Shown piece after piece: positions 25,695 through 35,883 of a stretch of 64,000 nucleotides of DNA. Numbering within the stretch: position 1 is the stretch's first letter; each line of letters starts with the position of its first letter. The translations under genes and the position numbers were made by a program. The stretch covers positions 1,504,001 through 1,568,000 of the forward strand of contig CBDCTJ010000007.1 in assembly GCA_965222115.1 (NCBI GenBank), in the 5' to 3' direction. Under the pieces are notes generated by a model. That model did not search any database. It was not told the DNA's origin and worked only from the letters and a program-made list of their open reading frames with translations. The stretch is from Planctomycetota bacterium. GTDB lineage: Bacteria; Planctomycetota; PLA2; JAEUHO01.

Positions 25695-28172
25695 ATGGTG
25701 TCACACCGCCAAGCGCCTCGGTTCCAATTCAACAGCATGGGTGCCATGCGTGCGTATGCACTGCTGGCGTTGATCACTTTGTTGTTGGCCCCATTGGGTG
25801 CACGGGGGTGGGCAAGCGAGACGACTGCCGTTGATGCCGTTCCGGATTCGTTTCAAGGAGGTCGCGTACCGCTGCGCATTGTCGGTGGGCACCTCGTCGT
25901 TCGCTGCGACATGAGCACGCCGCAGTCGCGCATCGCCGCGCACCTGCTGGTTGATTTCGAGAATCCGTGTGGCCTCGCCCTGCACAACGCTGTGCCGCAA
26001 AAGGAAGGGCTCGCGATTGATAAGTACGGTCACCCGATCACGCTCCACTTCCCCGGATTTCGAATCGTGCATCGTGACGGGTATTCCCTCGGCACGCGCC
26101 TTTACGATCAACTCACCAAAGACTACGCAGTTGAGCTTGGCGAGACGGCCATCGTAGGCACGCTCGGTGCCGAGTTCTTGAGTCGCTATCACATCGTCTT
26201 GGACGTTGGCAATGGGTACATGGAACTCTCGGCTCCCAAGGCTGTACCGACCACGACCAGCAAAGACGACGCGAAAGAGACCCATGAAAACGAAGGAGCG
26301 AGGCCCGTGGGGGAGCCGCTTGCCGATGATGAGGTCGAGTTCTCGCTTATGGGCCATACGGCATGGTTGCCTGCCCGCTTGGACGGACGCAAGATCGGCG
26401 CACTGCTCGTGGGCACGGCCCACACCGATTCCCGTCTCGCACCATTCGTAACTCGCATGCGCCGCAAGAACAAAGACGCCGCATTGGCCGTGGGAGCCTT
26501 GTCGCTCGACGAGCTCGGCGAGTTTCTCGTGGGGGAACCGGTCGATTACCACCCCGATCGCGCGGTAGGTGTGATGGGTCTTAATCACCTGCGACACATA
26601 CGCCTCGAACTCGACTATGCGCGGCGCCGCGCGCGTCTGGGTGTCTCGCGCCCGCCCAAGAATCGTGACGCCGAGCGCGACTACTTCCGTGCAATTCGCG
26701 CAGAGACTCCGGATGCGTGGTTGGCGTTTCTCGCTGCACATCCCAAGTCGCCGCGTCGTGCACGTGCCGCCGAGTATTTGGTGGAAGCACTCAAGTCGTG
26801 GGGCACCGACGATCCGAAGCAGCTCACCGCAGCCGTGAAGCACTACGCCGAGACGCGCGATGTCAAGCGTCGCACGTCGCGGCTCTACGATCTCATGCGT
26901 GAGTTTCGAGAGCTGGGTTGGAACGACGCCGCGATCAAGGCAGGCGAAGCCGGACTCAAAAAGGGCGCCAAAGACTTAGATCCAAATGCGATTCATAAGA
27001 TCCACGCTGTGCTCGGTGAGATGCAGCTCGCTAAGGACGATGGCAAGAAGGCGTGGAAGCATTTGCTTTCCGCTGCGTTTGGTATGCCCGAAGACGGACT
27101 GGTAAATCTTCTTCTCGGTCGCTTTTACGAATCCAAGGGCCTCCATCGCCGCGCGTTTAGTCGCTACATTCAGGCCACAACCGATGCGGCCAGTGGGCCG
27201 CAAGCGTTGGTTGCGCTTGAGGCATTGCAAAGACGAACCGGCAAGACCATGCGACTGTCGGCCGACACCATCGAGCGCGCAACAGCAGGCAAAGTGAAAG
27301 GGTTCGGTGCGCCCGACGAGTTTGAAGCCGATGAAAAGACCGACACCAATCGCTGTGTGTTGCTTGAAAACTTTACATGTGCCCACGGGCGGCCCACCGG
27401 CGACTGGGTCATCGACGGTGTATTGACGCACTATCCTCGTAAGCGCGTAGCGGTCGTATCGCATCACCTTCCCAACCCCGCGATGGAACCGCTCATCACA
27501 AAGCTTGGCGAAGCGCGCGCCGCGTTTTACGAAAACGATGCTAGCGGGATTGCCATCCTCAATGGAGAGCGACCGTTACGCATTGGGGGGCGTCCTCGCG
27601 AAGTTGCCAAGATTTACGCCGCGCTCAAGCCCATCGTGAGCGAGCCGCTTGCCGACGCTTCGAAGTACACGTTCGAAGTCAAAGCAACGGTAGACACGGA
27701 ACGCGAAGGCGGGCCCGCGGTTGTGGGCAGCGTTACGCTGAAGGGGCCAAAAGCCAACAACTTGCGTGTTCACATTCTGTTGGTTGAACAGGGCGTAGTC
27801 TTTCCGGGTCGCAGCAAGGTCATTGTCCATCGCATGGTGGCGCGGACACACCTCACGGAGCAGATTCACGGTGATGCCTATAAGCCCGAGGGGAAGGCAA
27901 ACGAGCAGTCGTTTTCCTTCGACAAGGCGCTGGCGCCTGTGGGCGAGGCGTGCGAAGCGTATGTCGCGTCACAAAAAGAGCGTGGCGCGGTGGTGTCGTG
28001 GCGCCATGAGCTCGACCCCGAGCAGCTTCAGATCGTTGCCTTTGTGCAGGACGCGCAAAGTCGCGCCGTGTTGCAGGCCGTTCACTACGAAATGAATGTG
28101 GAGACGAAGAAAGCACGTACCAAAGTCGATGCCAATGACGACGAGAAGAGCGGGGACGCGAACGACCAGTGA
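25695..28172 (+). CDS. Secreted multidomain protein: two retropepsin-like modules, TPR region, thioredoxin/Omp28-like C-terminal domain
   Basis: GTLGAEFLSRYHIVLD and GVMGLNHL..LELDY aspartyl-protease-like motifs; helical repeats; VLLENFTC and HRMVAR..LQIVAFVQD resemble Omp28/Trx. Start uncertain. Confidence 0.55.
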   Translation: MVSHRQAPRFQFNSMGAMRAYALLALITLLLAPLGARGWASETTAVDAVPDSFQGGRVPLRIVGGHLVVRCDMSTPQSRIAAHLLVDFENPCGLALHNAVPQKEGLAIDKYGHPITLHFPGFRIVHRDGYSLGTRLYDQLTKDYAVELGETAIVGTLGAEFLSRYHIVLDVGNGYMELSAPKAVPTTTSKDDAKETHENEGARPVGEPLADDEVEFSLMGHTAWLPARLDGRKIGALLVGTAHTDSRLAPFVTRMRRKNKDAALAVGALSLDELGEFLVGEPVDYHPDRAVGVMGLNHLRHIRLELDYARRRARLGVSRPPKNRDAERDYFRAIRAETPDAWLAFLAAHPKSPRRARAAEYLVEALKSWGTDDPKQLTAAVKHYAETRDVKRRTSRLYDLMREFRELGWNDAAIKAGEAGLKKGAKDLDPNAIHKIHAVLGEMQLAKDDGKKAWKHLLSAAFGMPEDGLVNLLLGRFYESKGLHRRAFSRYIQATTDAASGPQALVALEALQRRTGKTMRLSADTIERATAGKVKGFGAPDEFEADEKTDTNRCVLLENFTCAHGRPTGDWVIDGVLTHYPRKRVAVVSHHLPNPAMEPLITKLGEARAAFYENDASGIAILNGERPLRIGGRPREVAKIYAALKPIVSEPLADASKYTFEVKATVDTEREGGPAVVGSVTLKGPKANNLRVHILLVEQGVVFPGRSKVIVHRMVARTHLTEQIHGDAYKPEGKANEQSFSFDKALAPVGEACEAYVASQKERGAVVSWRHELDPEQLQIVAFVQDAQSRAVLQAVHYEMNVETKKARTKVDANDDEKSGDANDQ

Positions 28173-29737
28173 CAGAGCGACCAACCTCCACGGCCACCGT
28201 CCATCCGGATGACATTCGCAGCGACCTCAATGGGCTTGTGTCGCGCGTGCGCACGGTTCGTACGCAGCGGCGCCTGGGCAATGCGCTGCGCCAATCGTGG
28301 AAGATGTCGGCATGGTGGTTGCTGGTTGGGCCTGTGTTGTTGGCTCTCGGAACATGGTTATCGCTTTGGGATCCGCCAACGTGGCCGTGGATTGCCGCGT
28401 CGGCCCTTGGGCCATTCGTACTCGATGTCATTCAGGGCCTAGTGATTGCGTCGCGCGTCCGCGAATCGCGTGAGACATGCCTGAGTATCGTGGACTTGCA
28501 GTGTGGGCTTAAAGATCGACTCGTGAGTGCCGACGAGTTCCTTCATGAATCCCAGGCGCGCGATGAATCGACGCCTTCGACCGAATCTCTGCGACACGCA
28601 TTTGCGACTGCTGCCTTGCACGACGCCGTTCCTTATCTCGACGTGGCCAAGCGCCATGAGATTGAGCCGCAGGCCCGCGTGAAGGGTGGTTCCCGTTGGT
28701 TGCTCGCGCTTCCCTTACTAGGAGCCCTCGCAGCCCTGTGGACCTTGCAGCAGGAGTCGAGCACGCCCACGCCGTCTAAGGATGTGGCTGTCGTGAGTCC
28801 ACCACCGAATCAGGTGTCGAACGACGAGCCGCGCAAATCGCCGAGTGACACCCACGCCACACCGCCGAAAGACCCCAAGCGCGAGGATCCATCCAAGTCG
28901 CCGAGTCTCAAAGAACGCGATGCGTCCGCGGCGGAAAAGAACTCCGTCGAAGACAAGAAACAACCTGCGAGCAAAGAAGAGCTTCGCGCCATGGAGTCCG
29001 AAGCACGAGCCGGTGCATCGGCCGACGCATTGACGCGTGCTCGACCCAGCACGTCGCTTGGCAACCCCAGCGAGCATGCAGAGAAGGCCAAGCGTGTTCC
29101 GCAAAAGCCGAAGAAGAGCAAGGTCAAGTCCAAACCAGTCGCGGAAGTGAAGAAGCCTCCTTCCAAGCGTCCCGAGAAGCCTGAGCAAGCGGGTGCCACG
29201 GCCGGTCGCGGCTCGTCGAAGGGAAGCAAGAGCAACCCAATCGCCAATCCGTGGTCGAGTAAAGATCAGGCGCCGGATGAAAAGTCGGACGACCTTGAGT
29301 TTGATGAAGACGTGGACGACGAGTTTGACGACTCCGATAGCCGCGGGGGGATGCAACCCAACTTACGCGATCGGCGACCGCCTGTGAATCGTGATCTTGG
29401 CATTGGCTTTGGCAACAAGCCCAACCCCGATGCCAATGGACGCGGCGGTCCCGGGCAACGCAAAAAGTCGCGCGGCACGGCGTCGCTTATTCTTGGCGTG
29501 CCCATTCCAGATCACGTGAAGGGTTTGTCCGGTCCCGGCACAACGAAGGTTACGCACGAACGCACCCGGCCCATGCCCGAGCGCGTGGGACCCCTCGACG
29601 CGCGGGCCGGCACACGCCGCTCTGCGCCCACAGGCTTTGCCTGGCAACCTGCGCTCGCACCGTGGTCGCGCGCATTGATTCGACAGTTTTTTGCTCGTTC
29701 CGATACGCCGAACGCGGCGTCCCCGAGTGAGGAGTAA
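28169..29737 (+). CDS. Membrane-anchored hypothetical protein with long charged low-complexity region (MoxR-operon accessory)
   Basis: TM segments, D...GLKDRLVSA.EF motif, Lys/Pro/Asp-rich region; GTGA overlap with the upstream gene. Confidence 0.65.
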   Translation: MTERPTSTATVHPDDIRSDLNGLVSRVRTVRTQRRLGNALRQSWKMSAWWLLVGPVLLALGTWLSLWDPPTWPWIAASALGPFVLDVIQGLVIASRVRESRETCLSIVDLQCGLKDRLVSADEFLHESQARDESTPSTESLRHAFATAALHDAVPYLDVAKRHEIEPQARVKGGSRWLLALPLLGALAALWTLQQESSTPTPSKDVAVVSPPPNQVSNDEPRKSPSDTHATPPKDPKREDPSKSPSLKERDASAAEKNSVEDKKQPASKEELRAMESEARAGASADALTRARPSTSLGNPSEHAEKAKRVPQKPKKSKVKSKPVAEVKKPPSKRPEKPEQAGATAGRGSSKGSKSNPIANPWSSKDQAPDEKSDDLEFDEDVDDEFDDSDSRGGMQPNLRDRRPPVNRDLGIGFGNKPNPDANGRGGPGQRKKSRGTASLILGVPIPDHVKGLSGPGTTKVTHERTRPMPERVGPLDARAGTRRSAPTGFAWQPALAPWSRALIRQFFARSDTPNAASPSEE

Positions 29738-29739
29738 GC

Positions 29740-30741
29740 ATGAGCACCGCCGTAGACCAGGCTCACACAGCCGCGTCCGAATTCAAATCCGTCCACGCGG
29801 CCATACGCGAACAGGTGTGTCGCGTCATGGTGGGCCAAGACGATGTGATTGACGGCGTGCTCACCGCATTGTTTGCCGGCGGCCATGTGTTGCTCGAAGG
29901 TGTACCGGGACTTGGAAAGACGATGCTCGTACGCGCACTGGGTCGCGCGCTCAATCTCAAGTTCTCGCGCATTCAGTTCACACCCGACATGATGCCCGCT
30001 GATATTCAGGGGACGCATGTGTTGTCGGATCGTGGCGATGGCACCCAGGAGCTCACCTTTCAAGAAGGTCCGCTGGTTGCGAACTTGATCCTGGCCGATG
30101 AAATCAATCGCGCCACACCCAAGACGCAGAGCGCGCTGCTCGAGGCCATGCAAGAGGGGCAGATCAGCGTCGGCAAGCGCACGATTACCCTTGAGCAGCC
30201 CTTTGTCGTAATGGCCACGCAGAACCCGGTTGAGCAAGAGGGCACCTATCCACTGCCCGAAGCACAGCTCGACCGCTTCCTGTTCAAGCTCATTGTGGGC
30301 TATCCCAAGGAAGAGGAGTACCGCGAGATCCTAAAGCGCACCACCGGTGCGAGCGAACCCGAAGTAAACGCGGTCTGCGACGGCGAGACTATTATGAACA
30401 TGCGCAAGGTCGTGCGGGAAGTGCCTGTGGCCGATGCCGTGCAGGCCTATGCTGTGCGTCTGGTACTGGCAACCCAACCCAGTCACGGCACGGCCCACGA
30501 GCAAGTGCGCAAGAACGTGTCGCTGGGCAGTAGTCCACGCGGTGCACAGGGTCTCTTGTTGGCAGCCAAAGTCGCCGCGCTACTCGACGGTCGCTTTGCG
30601 GTGAGCACCGACGACATTAGGGCGGTTGCACGTCCTGTGTTGCGCCATCGCGTACTGCTCAACTTTGGTGGCCAGTCCGAGGGCCTTACGTCGGACGCGA
30701 TTCTTGAGCACGTTATCGCGGGTGTTCGCGCCGAGTCGTAG
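29740..30741 (+). CDS. moxR: MoxR-family AAA+ ATPase
   Basis: GHVLLEGVPGLGKT, RIQFTPD, LADEINRATPKTQSALLEAMQE, ATQNPVEQEGTYPLPEAQLDRF, SPRG. Confidence 0.96.
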   Translation: MSTAVDQAHTAASEFKSVHAAIREQVCRVMVGQDDVIDGVLTALFAGGHVLLEGVPGLGKTMLVRALGRALNLKFSRIQFTPDMMPADIQGTHVLSDRGDGTQELTFQEGPLVANLILADEINRATPKTQSALLEAMQEGQISVGKRTITLEQPFVVMATQNPVEQEGTYPLPEAQLDRFLFKLIVGYPKEEEYREILKRTTGASEPEVNAVCDGETIMNMRKVVREVPVADAVQAYAVRLVLATQPSHGTAHEQVRKNVSLGSSPRGAQGLLLAAKVAALLDGRFAVSTDDIRAVARPVLRHRVLLNFGGQSEGLTSDAILEHVIAGVRAES

Positions 30742-30788
30742 CGCGCGTCTTCGCAATGTGAAATCGCGATGCCATTGGAGAGTAGGTA

Positions 30789-31673
30789 GTGCAGGCTAAC
30801 GAGCTGTTCGATGCCGAATTCATGGCCGCCGTGTCGCGGTTGCGCATCATTGCACGCCGCGTTCCGCGAGGAGGTCGTCCCGCGGAGCAGCGTTCGCAAA
30901 AGCTCGGTAGCGGCATGGAGTTTCGCGACTTTCGCCCATATGTAGCGGGCGACGACATTCGTTCCATTGATTGGAATATCTATCGACGTCTCGGCAAGGT
31001 GGTGTTGCGGCTGTTCGAAGAGCAAGAAGACTTGCCGCTCTACCTGCTTCCCGATACGTCGGGCAGCATGGCGTTGGAGTCACCGCCGCGGGCCCACGCA
31101 GCATTGCGCGCCACGCTCGCGCTTGCCGCCGTTGGCCTAGGCCAGCACGATTCCGTTGGCGTCTATCCCTTTGCCGATCGCCCCATTACGCCGTTGCGAC
31201 TCGGCGCGGGCGGTCGTCGCATCTACCGCGTAGCCGACTACCTTGCGGGACTAACGCACGAAGGCGGAACCGAATTGGTCGACGCGGTTAGGCGCTTTGC
31301 GAGTTTCCGTATGCGGCGTGGGCTCCTTGTTTTGGTGTCGGACTTTTTCGATGACCGCGGCATTGAGGCCATCACAGAAGCTCTTGGCGTCGTTCGACAC
31401 AAGCTCGTATTGATTCAGTTGGTTCGGGAAGGAGATCGCGAACCCGCCATGCGCGGCGACGTACGTCTCGTCGACTGCGAAGCGGGCGATGCGCAAGATG
31501 TGGCAATCACATCCGATGTCTTGAAGCGCTACCGCGAGGCCTACGATCACTTTTCGCGCGGCCTTACGGAGTTCGCAACACGACGAAACGCGGGCCTGCT
31601 CCGCCTCAACGCCGACGACGACGTTGTCGAGCAGCTAGCCGAACTCTTCGCGGGCGGGAGGATTCACGCATGA
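30789..31673 (+). CDS. DUF58 domain protein
   Basis: GSGMEFRDFRPYVAGDDIRSIDWN, DTSGSM, LVSDF. Confidence 0.93.
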   Translation: MQANELFDAEFMAAVSRLRIIARRVPRGGRPAEQRSQKLGSGMEFRDFRPYVAGDDIRSIDWNIYRRLGKVVLRLFEEQEDLPLYLLPDTSGSMALESPPRAHAALRATLALAAVGLGQHDSVGVYPFADRPITPLRLGAGGRRIYRVADYLAGLTHEGGTELVDAVRRFASFRMRRGLLVLVSDFFDDRGIEAITEALGVVRHKLVLIQLVREGDREPAMRGDVRLVDCEAGDAQDVAITSDVLKRYREAYDHFSRGLTEFATRRNAGLLRLNADDDVVEQLAELFAGGRIHA

Positions 31674-33349
31674 CGTCCGTGACCCCCGTAGCGTTGCAGT
31701 TTCTAACGTTTCCCTGGTGGGGGGTGCTGCTGGGCCTTGCGGGCATAGCCGCGCTGTTGTTCGTGTTGCACCGTCTTCGCATTCGTTTTCGCGAAGAGGT
31801 CGTACCCACCACTATGTTTTGGAAGCGCGCCCTGGATGAACGCCAGGCGCGTGTGCTCATGCAGCGCTTCCGCCACCCGTGGACGTATGTCTTGGCGACA
31901 TGCATCGCGTCTTTGTTGTGGTTGGCGGCGTCGCGGCCAGCGAGTGACAACACGATCACACATGCGGACGCAGTCGTTCTTTGGGATACTTCGGCGAATG
32001 CGGAGCCCGTTTCCAGCACGCGCAGGGCGGTGTTGACAGTTGTAGATCGATTGGCGGGACGCAAGCCCAGCGTCCTCGTCTGCGACCACGATCCACGTTC
32101 GATTCTCACGCCGGCCGAATCTTCGGCGCTGCTCCCCGAACGTGCGAAGCGCGTCGAGCAACGTATGTGTCACTCTTCCGTATCGCGCATCCTTGATGAC
32201 CTCGATTCGGCGCGCGAATCTTCAGCAAAGCTCGATGTGTATGTCGTCGGATCCATGGAATCACTTCTGGCGTCGCGATGGGAGGGTCTGCAAGTACATC
32301 ATGTGGGGCCAGTCACCTCCGTTGCTAAGGGCACCAAGGATGAGATTCAAACCCTCGGTATAACGGCCGCCGCGTCGGGCGCCTGGGACCGCGTGGATAT
32401 CTTTGTTGGCACATCGGGCGACGGCATGCCCACGCTTTCCGAGGGAGCAACGTCACTATCGTTGCAGCCGATTGATGACGGCAAGTGGGTCTCACGCGAT
32501 GTAGCGGCCCGTGGTCAGATGGTCTCCGCGAAACTCGGCAAATCGCAAGCCATGCGTGTCTTGCCGAACCGACGTGTGGTCGCCATCGCCGACAACGGTG
32601 GTGATGCCAGGCATTCTGGATTCGAGTTGCTACGCCGCATTGTGACCTTGGATTCTGGTCTGTCTTTTGGCGAGGGTGAATCGGCGCGCGTGTCACTTGG
32701 CGCGGACGAAACAGGCGTGCCAACGCTGTCTGTGGACGCAGGCGAGCACGCGAGCGGTATTGTGCTCGTTGTGCCGCCTTCATACGAAGCGAGGGCCCGC
32801 GCATTCGCCTCGTCGTGGTCGTTCCCAATGATTGATCGCGTCATAGGCCGTGACGAGCCCCTTGGCGAACTGCGAGTTGATGTGACCGTGGACGATTCGG
32901 TGACAGCGCCGCGCTTGCTGATTGGAGGCGACCTCCTCGGGTCACGAAGTAACTTCACTGCCAGCGCACAGTTTCCCGCATTCGTATCGTCGGGCATTCG
33001 TTTCCTAGCAGGCGAGGGAGAAGCGCTGCAAGTGGATGTTGCTGTTGGCGATGCGATCTCCCTTCCAGTGGGACCGGTCACCACGCCTGTGAATACAAAG
33101 ACACAGAATGTTGACGGTGTGTTTACACCCACGGTTGCGGGCGCCTACCGATTGGGTGATGGTTCGAGCATGGCAGCAACGCTGATGCCTTGCTCGCACA
33201 ACGGGTTGTCGAATTCCGTAACGCGCGTGACACCGGAATCGGTCGCGGCGTCAAGCCGTCCGTTTACGTGGGCCTGGGTTCTCGGTCTGCTCGCGCTCAT
33301 TACGCTGTTGGTTGAGTGGGTCCTTGTCCGTCGCGAGAGGATCCCCTAG
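31670..33349 (+). CDS. BatA-like N-terminal double-transmembrane protein
   Basis: LHRLR..VPTTMFW N-terminal motif, two TMs, degenerate DTSA MIDAS, C-terminal TM ending LLVEW. Confidence 0.8.
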   Translation: MTSVTPVALQFLTFPWWGVLLGLAGIAALLFVLHRLRIRFREEVVPTTMFWKRALDERQARVLMQRFRHPWTYVLATCIASLLWLAASRPASDNTITHADAVVLWDTSANAEPVSSTRRAVLTVVDRLAGRKPSVLVCDHDPRSILTPAESSALLPERAKRVEQRMCHSSVSRILDDLDSARESSAKLDVYVVGSMESLLASRWEGLQVHHVGPVTSVAKGTKDEIQTLGITAAASGAWDRVDIFVGTSGDGMPTLSEGATSLSLQPIDDGKWVSRDVAARGQMVSAKLGKSQAMRVLPNRRVVAIADNGGDARHSGFELLRRIVTLDSGLSFGEGESARVSLGADETGVPTLSVDAGEHASGIVLVVPPSYEARARAFASSWSFPMIDRVIGRDEPLGELRVDVTVDDSVTAPRLLIGGDLLGSRSNFTASAQFPAFVSSGIRFLAGEGEALQVDVAVGDAISLPVGPVTTPVNTKTQNVDGVFTPTVAGAYRLGDGSSMAATLMPCSHNGLSNSVTRVTPESVAASSRPFTWAWVLGLLALITLLVEWVLVRRERIP

Positions 33350-33351
33350 TC

Positions 33352-35883
33352 GTGACGTTTGAACTCGCCATCACCTTCATGCGTCCCTCGGTGCTTGTGC
33401 TTTTGGCACTCGTACCGCTGCTGTGGTTTCTACCGCGTCGATTCCCGAACGCCATTCACGGACTACTTCGTTCGCTGGCGGTTGCTGCGTTGGTGTTGGC
33501 ACTCGCCGAACCCGCCATGATTCGCCTCGACGAGAAGCGCACGGTTCAGGTTGCGATTGTTGATCACTCGGTGAGTGTTGCGCCCGGACAGCCCTCGCTC
33601 TCAACAGACGCGTTGTTTGGGCCCATGCCTACATCGGCCGAGCGTATCGCGATTCACGTGGGAGCGTCGCCCGATCGCGCAGCCGCCGATGCGTCGATCA
33701 CCGGCGATAACGGAATTGAGTCAATCGTCATCGACGCCAATGCGTCGGCAACGCGAGGACGTGATTCCCTTGGGGTTGCACTGGACGAAGCGCTTCTTCG
33801 GATTCCTGAAGGTGTTCACGCCAGCATGACGCTTGCTACCGATGGCGCCGCCACGCATCCCTCGTGGCGAGCATCTGTCCAGCGCATCGCAGCGCGAGGC
33901 ATTCCTGTATTTGTGATTCCACGACGTCGCAAGGGCCCCGACGCCTATCCGCGGCGCATCCAATTGGTTGAGGCGGCCGTGGCGGGCCAAACCGCACGTG
34001 TACATATTGATGTTGTCGGGGTCGTGCCCCGCGGCGAGGTCGTCCTGTTCGCCGACGAGGTCGAAGTTGCGCGTGAGAAGGTTACGCAGACGTCGCGTTC
34101 ACCGATGGTCCTTGAGTTTGAACCTGAGCGACCCGGATGGGCGCAGCTTCGCGCTGAGCTTCGCAGTGACGCCGCGAGCGATGTTGTCCAGGACAACAAC
34201 GCGGTGAGCACGTGGATTCCGGTCGATGATCCGATTCGTATTCACTACGCAGGCTCTCGCATGGTGGGGGCTCAACAGGCGCTCGAGAAAGCACTCGGAC
34301 GCGGATTTTCATTGGTGCCGTTTCAAGTAGATACGTCGTCGCAAGGCGACTTGCAGAGGTCGCTAGCGAGCAGCGAACTCCTTTGGCTCGACGACATTCC
34401 CGCCAGTCAATTGTCCCCTGCTGCACACGAATCCATATCCAACGCCGTCCGTGACGACGGACTGGGCTTGCTCTATTCCGGTGGTCAGCAGGCGTTTGGA
34501 CCTGGCGGCTATGTCGACACGCCCATCGCCAAGTTGCTTCCGCTCGAGCCCAACCAGAAGGAAGAAAAGCGCGATCCCAGCACAACGTTGGTCGTGATTA
34601 TCGATACGTCGGGATCCATGGGGGGCGAGCGGGTCCAACTCGCGAAGGAGGTCGCACGCCTAGGCATGCGGCGCCTTTTGCCCCATGACAAGGTTGGCAT
34701 TGTCGAGTTTTATGGTGCCAAGCGTTGGGCCGCGCCGATTCAACCGGCATCCAACGCCATTGAACTACAACGCGCACTTAATCGACTGGATGCGGGCGGC
34801 GGCACCGTCATTATGCCCGCTATCGAAGAGGCCTACTACGGCTTGCGAAATGTCCAAACACGCTACAAGCACGTGCTTATGCTGACCGATGGGGGAGTGG
34901 AGTCGGGTGCGTTTGAACCGCTGATTCGCAAGATGGCCGAAAAGGGAATCACTACGTCCACCGTGCTTGTGGGCCCCGATGCGCATAGTGAGTTTCTCGT
35001 CAACATTGCCACGTGGGGGCGCGGACGTTACTACAGCGTTCCCAACCGATTCAACCTGCCCGAGATATTGCTGAAGCAACCGACCAACGCGCGGCTCCCG
35101 TCGTATCGACAGGGACGGGTCGAAGTTTCGATCACGGGTGGACCCAGTTGGTTTGGCGGTCGCCTGCCCAAGTCGGTGCCTGCACTCGATGGCTATGCGG
35201 AATGCAACTTGCGCGCGGGTGCCGAGCTCGTGCTTGAAACAAAGACGCGTCGTCACCCCGTGCTCGCATCGTGGATGATGGAGGCGGGACGTGTGACCGC
35301 ATTGGCTACAGAACCCACCGGTCCTGGCATGGCGCCCTGGCGTGACCTCGACGCCTACGGCGACTGGCTCGCGCGCTGGGTGCGTCGCACTGCACGCGTA
35401 CGCACGGGTCCGTATCGCTATTCAATTGAGCAGTCCGGTGGCGCCACAGTAGTCGTCGCGCGGTCGCGAACGACCACCAGCACGACGCCTGTTGTTCACC
35501 TCGTGGACGATACCGGATCACCAACCCAGTCACTCCCGTTTCGTGCCGTGGCGGATGGCGTGTATCGCGCCGACGTTCCAACTTCAGAACGACCCACGCG
35601 ACTGATTGCCGGTGAGGCGAGCGGGCGAAGGCAGCGTTTGGTTGCAACACCATTCCCTTTACTCTCCCCCGAGCTTCAAGAGAATCCGTCCAACCGTATG
35701 CCGCTTGCGCAGATCGCCCGCGCAACGGGTGGTCAAGTGATTACTGAACCTGGCGCGAGCAAGGTCGACGTCGCGCGTGTGCGCGGTGACGTGCCGAACC
35801 ACATTGTTCCTCTATGGCCCTGGTTCTTCATTGCTGCGCTACTTGGCTACTTGGCCGACGTGGCCTGGAGGCGTCGCCCCTAA
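33352..35883 (+). CDS. VWA-domain / class-I glutamine-amidotransferase-like membrane protein
   Basis: DHSVS, TDG, GG..AFGPGGY.TP..LLP, VIIDTSGSM (MIDAS), AGGGT, LTDG, ARATGG, C-terminal TM. Confidence 0.88.
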   Translation: MTFELAITFMRPSVLVLLALVPLLWFLPRRFPNAIHGLLRSLAVAALVLALAEPAMIRLDEKRTVQVAIVDHSVSVAPGQPSLSTDALFGPMPTSAERIAIHVGASPDRAAADASITGDNGIESIVIDANASATRGRDSLGVALDEALLRIPEGVHASMTLATDGAATHPSWRASVQRIAARGIPVFVIPRRRKGPDAYPRRIQLVEAAVAGQTARVHIDVVGVVPRGEVVLFADEVEVAREKVTQTSRSPMVLEFEPERPGWAQLRAELRSDAASDVVQDNNAVSTWIPVDDPIRIHYAGSRMVGAQQALEKALGRGFSLVPFQVDTSSQGDLQRSLASSELLWLDDIPASQLSPAAHESISNAVRDDGLGLLYSGGQQAFGPGGYVDTPIAKLLPLEPNQKEEKRDPSTTLVVIIDTSGSMGGERVQLAKEVARLGMRRLLPHDKVGIVEFYGAKRWAAPIQPASNAIELQRALNRLDAGGGTVIMPAIEEAYYGLRNVQTRYKHVLMLTDGGVESGAFEPLIRKMAEKGITTSTVLVGPDAHSEFLVNIATWGRGRYYSVPNRFNLPEILLKQPTNARLPSYRQGRVEVSITGGPSWFGGRLPKSVPALDGYAECNLRAGAELVLETKTRRHPVLASWMMEAGRVTALATEPTGPGMAPWRDLDAYGDWLARWVRRTARVRTGPYRYSIEQSGGATVVVARSRTTTSTTPVVHLVDDTGSPTQSLPFRAVADGVYRADVPTSERPTRLIAGEASGRRQRLVATPFPLLSPELQENPSNRMPLAQIARATGGQVITEPGASKVDVARVRGDVPNHIVPLWPWFFIAALLGYLADVAWRRRP

